From: Gallionella sp.
GTDB taxonomy: Bacteria > Pseudomonadota > Gammaproteobacteria > Burkholderiales > Gallionellaceae
Direction of reading: 5' to 3'
Length of the DNA: 42,601 bases
Assembly (NCBI GenBank): GCA_013141315.1
Contig: JABFRF010000120.1
Location: 1 to 42,601 of the forward strand
Shown here: positions 39,879 to 42,601 of the stretch, piece after piece
Numbering within the stretch: the stretch's first letter is position 1
Layout: every line of letters begins with the position of its first letter
Translations under genes and position numbers: made by a program
Notes under the pieces: generated by a model
What the model was told of the DNA's origin: nothing
What the model saw: only the letters and a program-made list of their open reading frames with translations
Databases searched by the model: none

Positions 39879-40730
39879 ATGATAAATCTCAATTTGTACA
39901 CACGTCGGCGCGTCATCAACGCAGTGGGGTTGACCGTCTCCTTACTCGCCATGTTGTTTGGTTTGTTCTGGCTGTGCTGGATATTATTCACCCTGCTAGA
40001 CCACGGATTACCTGCACTCACTAGTGTAGTGTTCACGCAAATGACCCCGCCACCGGGCAGTTCAGGTGGCTTATTAAATGCGATTAGCGGCAGCTTGATG
40101 ATGACCGTGGTTGGCACATTGATCGGCACGCCAATAGGCATTCTGGCCGGAACTTATCTGGCTGAATTCGGACATCGCGGCTGGATGGCTCCGCTCACGC
40201 GCTTCATCAACGACATCTTATTATCCGCGCCGTCTATCGTGATTGGTTTGTTCGTGTATGAAATTTATGTGGTACACGTCAAACACTTTTCCGGCTGGGC
40301 GGGAGCGATGGCCTTGGCGATTCTGGTTATTCCGATTGTGATACGCACCACTGAAAACATGTTGAGACTTGTTCCCAGCACGCTGCGTGAAGCTGCCGCC
40401 GCACTCGGCGCGCCACAATGGAAAATCATCAACTTCGTCACCCTTCGTGCTGCGCGCGCCGGCATCATCACCGGTGTAATGCTTGCCGTAGCACGCATCA
40501 GTGGTGAGACTGCACCGCTGCTATTCACTTCACTCAACAACCAATTTTGGAATAGCAATATGGATCAACCGATGGCGAATTTGCCGGTGGTAATTTTCCA
40601 ATTTGCCATGAGTCCTTATGAAGACTGGCAACGCCTCGCTTGGGCGGGTGCGCTACTGATTACCCTTAGCGTCTTAACACTCAACATATTGGCACGCGTG
40701 CTGTTCCGACAAAGTGCCACCACTCATTAA
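39879..40730 (+). CDS. pstA: phosphate ABC transporter permease
   Basis: [35 protein letters not shown]. Confidence 0.97.
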   Translation: MINLNLYTRRRVINAVGLTVSLLAMLFGLFWLCWILFTLLDHGLPALTSVVFTQMTPPPGSSGGLLNAISGSLMMTVVGTLIGTPIGILAGTYLAEFGHRGWMAPLTRFINDILLSAPSIVIGLFVYEIYVVHVKHFSGWAGAMALAILVIPIVIRTTENMLRLVPSTLREAAAALGAPQWKIINFVTLRAARAGIITGVMLAVARISGETAPLLFTSLNNQFWNSNMDQPMANLPVVIFQFAMSPYEDWQRLAWAGALLITLSVLTLNILARVLFRQSATTH

Positions 40731-40742
40731 CAAGGTTACAAA

Positions 40743-41516
40743 ATGACCGTTGAAACTATCGCCAATCCCAAAGTCGTCGTTAAAGACTTAAACTTTTATT
40801 ACGGCAATTACCGTGCGCTAAAAGACATCAATCTCAGCATCGCGGAAAAAATGGTCACTGCTTTCATCGGTCCCTCTGGCTGCGGAAAGTCAACGCTACT
40901 ACGCACGTTCAACCGCATGTATCAGCTGTATCCAAAACAAAAAGCCACGGGTGAAATCATCTTGGATGGCGCGAATATTCTTGATCCCAAGCAAGACTTG
41001 AACATGTTGCGCGCTAAAATCGGCATGGTGTTCCAAAAGCCTACGCCGTTCCCGATGTCAATTTATGACAACATTGCATTTGGCGTGAAGCTCTATGAAG
41101 ACCTCAGCAAGCACGATATGGAAGTGCGTGTGGAGTGGGCGTTAAAGAAAGCTGCGCTGTGGACGGAAGTGAAAGACAAGCTGAAACAAAGCGGCACAGG
41201 GTTGTCAGGCGGGCAACAACAACGACTGTGTATTGCTCGCGCCATCGCGGTTAAACCTCAAGTGCTATTGCTCGACGAACCTACCTCCGCGCTTGATCCG
41301 ATTTCCACCGCACACATCGAAAAGCTGATTGATGAACTGAAAGAAGACTTCACCATCGTCATCGTCACACATAATTTGCAACAGGCTGCCCGCGTGGCCG
41401 ATTACACTGCTTATATGTATCTTGGTGACTTGGTAGAATTTGGTGACACGCCTACTGTTTTTACCAATCCGAAGCGCAAAGAGACTGAGGACTACATCAC
41501 CGGGCGATTTGGCTAA
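40743..41516 (+). CDS. pstB: phosphate ABC transporter ATPase
   Basis: [39 protein letters not shown]. Confidence 0.98.
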   Translation: MTVETIANPKVVVKDLNFYYGNYRALKDINLSIAEKMVTAFIGPSGCGKSTLLRTFNRMYQLYPKQKATGEIILDGANILDPKQDLNMLRAKIGMVFQKPTPFPMSIYDNIAFGVKLYEDLSKHDMEVRVEWALKKAALWTEVKDKLKQSGTGLSGGQQQRLCIARAIAVKPQVLLLDEPTSALDPISTAHIEKLIDELKEDFTIVIVTHNLQQAARVADYTAYMYLGDLVEFGDTPTVFTNPKRKETEDYITGRFG

Positions 41517-41597
41517 ACACTCATAACAAAACCGCAAGACCTATCAAAGTCGCTGACTATTGTTATGAACGCTGAAATTGATTTAACTATCGGTGGC

Positions 41598-42347
41598 CTA
41601 GAAAGGCACTGCAAAGATTGTTTTTATCGTTGTATCACTCGCACCTGACCAACCACGACCAATACCAAGATTTAATCCAATCCCGGATATCTCCGTATCG
41701 ACAGCCACATAAGTGACCTGTCCTTGATTGCCCAGCTGGTTGACATCACCAAAATCGGCATAATGTTCAACGCTAAACCACGTCGTTTCAGTCGCTTTGC
41801 GGGCGACTTTGAATGCGGGAGAAAACCCCGGTGTATGCGAATTACCGGACACGGTAATACCGAAAATAGGATTGGTCGTAAGATGCCACTTTTCAGTCTT
41901 GTAGCCCAATATAGGGCGAACTTCAAGGTTCAAACGCTCCGGCTCCGTACGCTTTGACACAGAACCGAACTCGCCGTTTATCCCCCAATAAAAACCAGTG
42001 TCGCGATGATTGCCAATATACTTTAAGCGTAATTTAGCTCCCTCCACAAACCAGTTGCCATTAGCATCACGAATAGTTGGAATGTAAATTCCGCCATCAA
42101 TATGCTCAGTGAATCCGTAATTAAATTCCGGGGTGAGTCTGAAATTGTGATGTGAAGGAATTTCGCCAACATAAACAGGGACCTTTTCGCCCGTACTTAC
42201 ATAGTTTACATGCACTTCGACACCGAACTCGCCAGGTTTATTGGCTTCTTCGGTATAGACTTGAATTTCGTCAGCGGAAGCCGCCATAACCTCTGGACTG
42301 ACAAACAGCAGCAAGAGTACTGAAAAAACCAACTTAAATTTAAACAT
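41598..42347 (-). CDS. probable outer-membrane beta-barrel protein of unknown function
   Basis: Signal peptide, DEIQVY...GEFGVEVH.NY start, alternating amphipathic strands, C-terminal Phe. Confidence 0.7.
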   Translation of the reverse strand: MFKFKLVFSVLLLLFVSPEVMAASADEIQVYTEEANKPGEFGVEVHVNYVSTGEKVPVYVGEIPSHHNFRLTPEFNYGFTEHIDGGIYIPTIRDANGNWFVEGAKLRLKYIGNHRDTGFYWGINGEFGSVSKRTEPERLNLEVRPILGYKTEKWHLTTNPIFGITVSGNSHTPGFSPAFKVARKATETTWFSVEHYADFGDVNQLGNQGQVTYVAVDTEISGIGLNLGIGRGWSGASDTTIKTIFAVPF

Positions 42348-42601
42348 TTTCTCTGCGCTCCCGAATATTCATAGAGACAGGCACCTTGCCCAGCCGTTAG
42401 ATTTACTGCTTACATGCCATCAAGGCCAATGCTACCAGCTTTTTGAAACTATTGAATACTTACAACACAGATATGGCGAATTCAGGAATGAAGTGCAATT
42501 TTGAGTAACGCTGGTCAGGTGGGCAGGATGCGGTAGCATCCATGCCTTTTTGACCAGCCAGTCGAAATTACACAAATGAACTCAGTCCTGTCCGGAGATG
42601 C

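Noticed and set aside
42480-42505. Fur box upstream of the beta-barrel gene
   Set aside because: Match to the GATAATGATAATCATTATC consensus is too weak

Overview
Chromosomal window of a betaproteobacterium. Gene order and protein style suggest Gallionellaceae or a close Nitrosomonadales relative, which is an inference. The left half is a core block (rpoE-rseABC-degP-lepA-lepB-rnc-era-recO-pdxJ-acpS, nadB, ffs-dnaX-ybaB-recR-rluB). It is interrupted by a promoterless PtuA/PtuB-like ATPase + HNH defence pair with no reverse transcriptase, a DUF3592-like gene, and a class III cyclase-PEGA + Ser/Thr kinase pair. A small variable islet (BRCT protein, unknown ORF, decayed AbrB antitoxin, addiction-module/ParE TA pair) lies downstream of rpmB-rpmG. 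The right half is a phosphate-starvation cluster: ppx, ppk1, sixA, CBS-GGDEF, olsA/olsB-like genes, porin, arsR-arsC-acr3 and pstSCAB. Five of its promoters share the same geometry, with 11-bp-periodic Pho-box half-sites ending 10 bp before a -10 hexamer. The intergenic DNA carries at least five families of miniature palindromic elements, two of which contain smaller elements nested inside them. All family assignments come from motif recognition by eye, and no database search was run.
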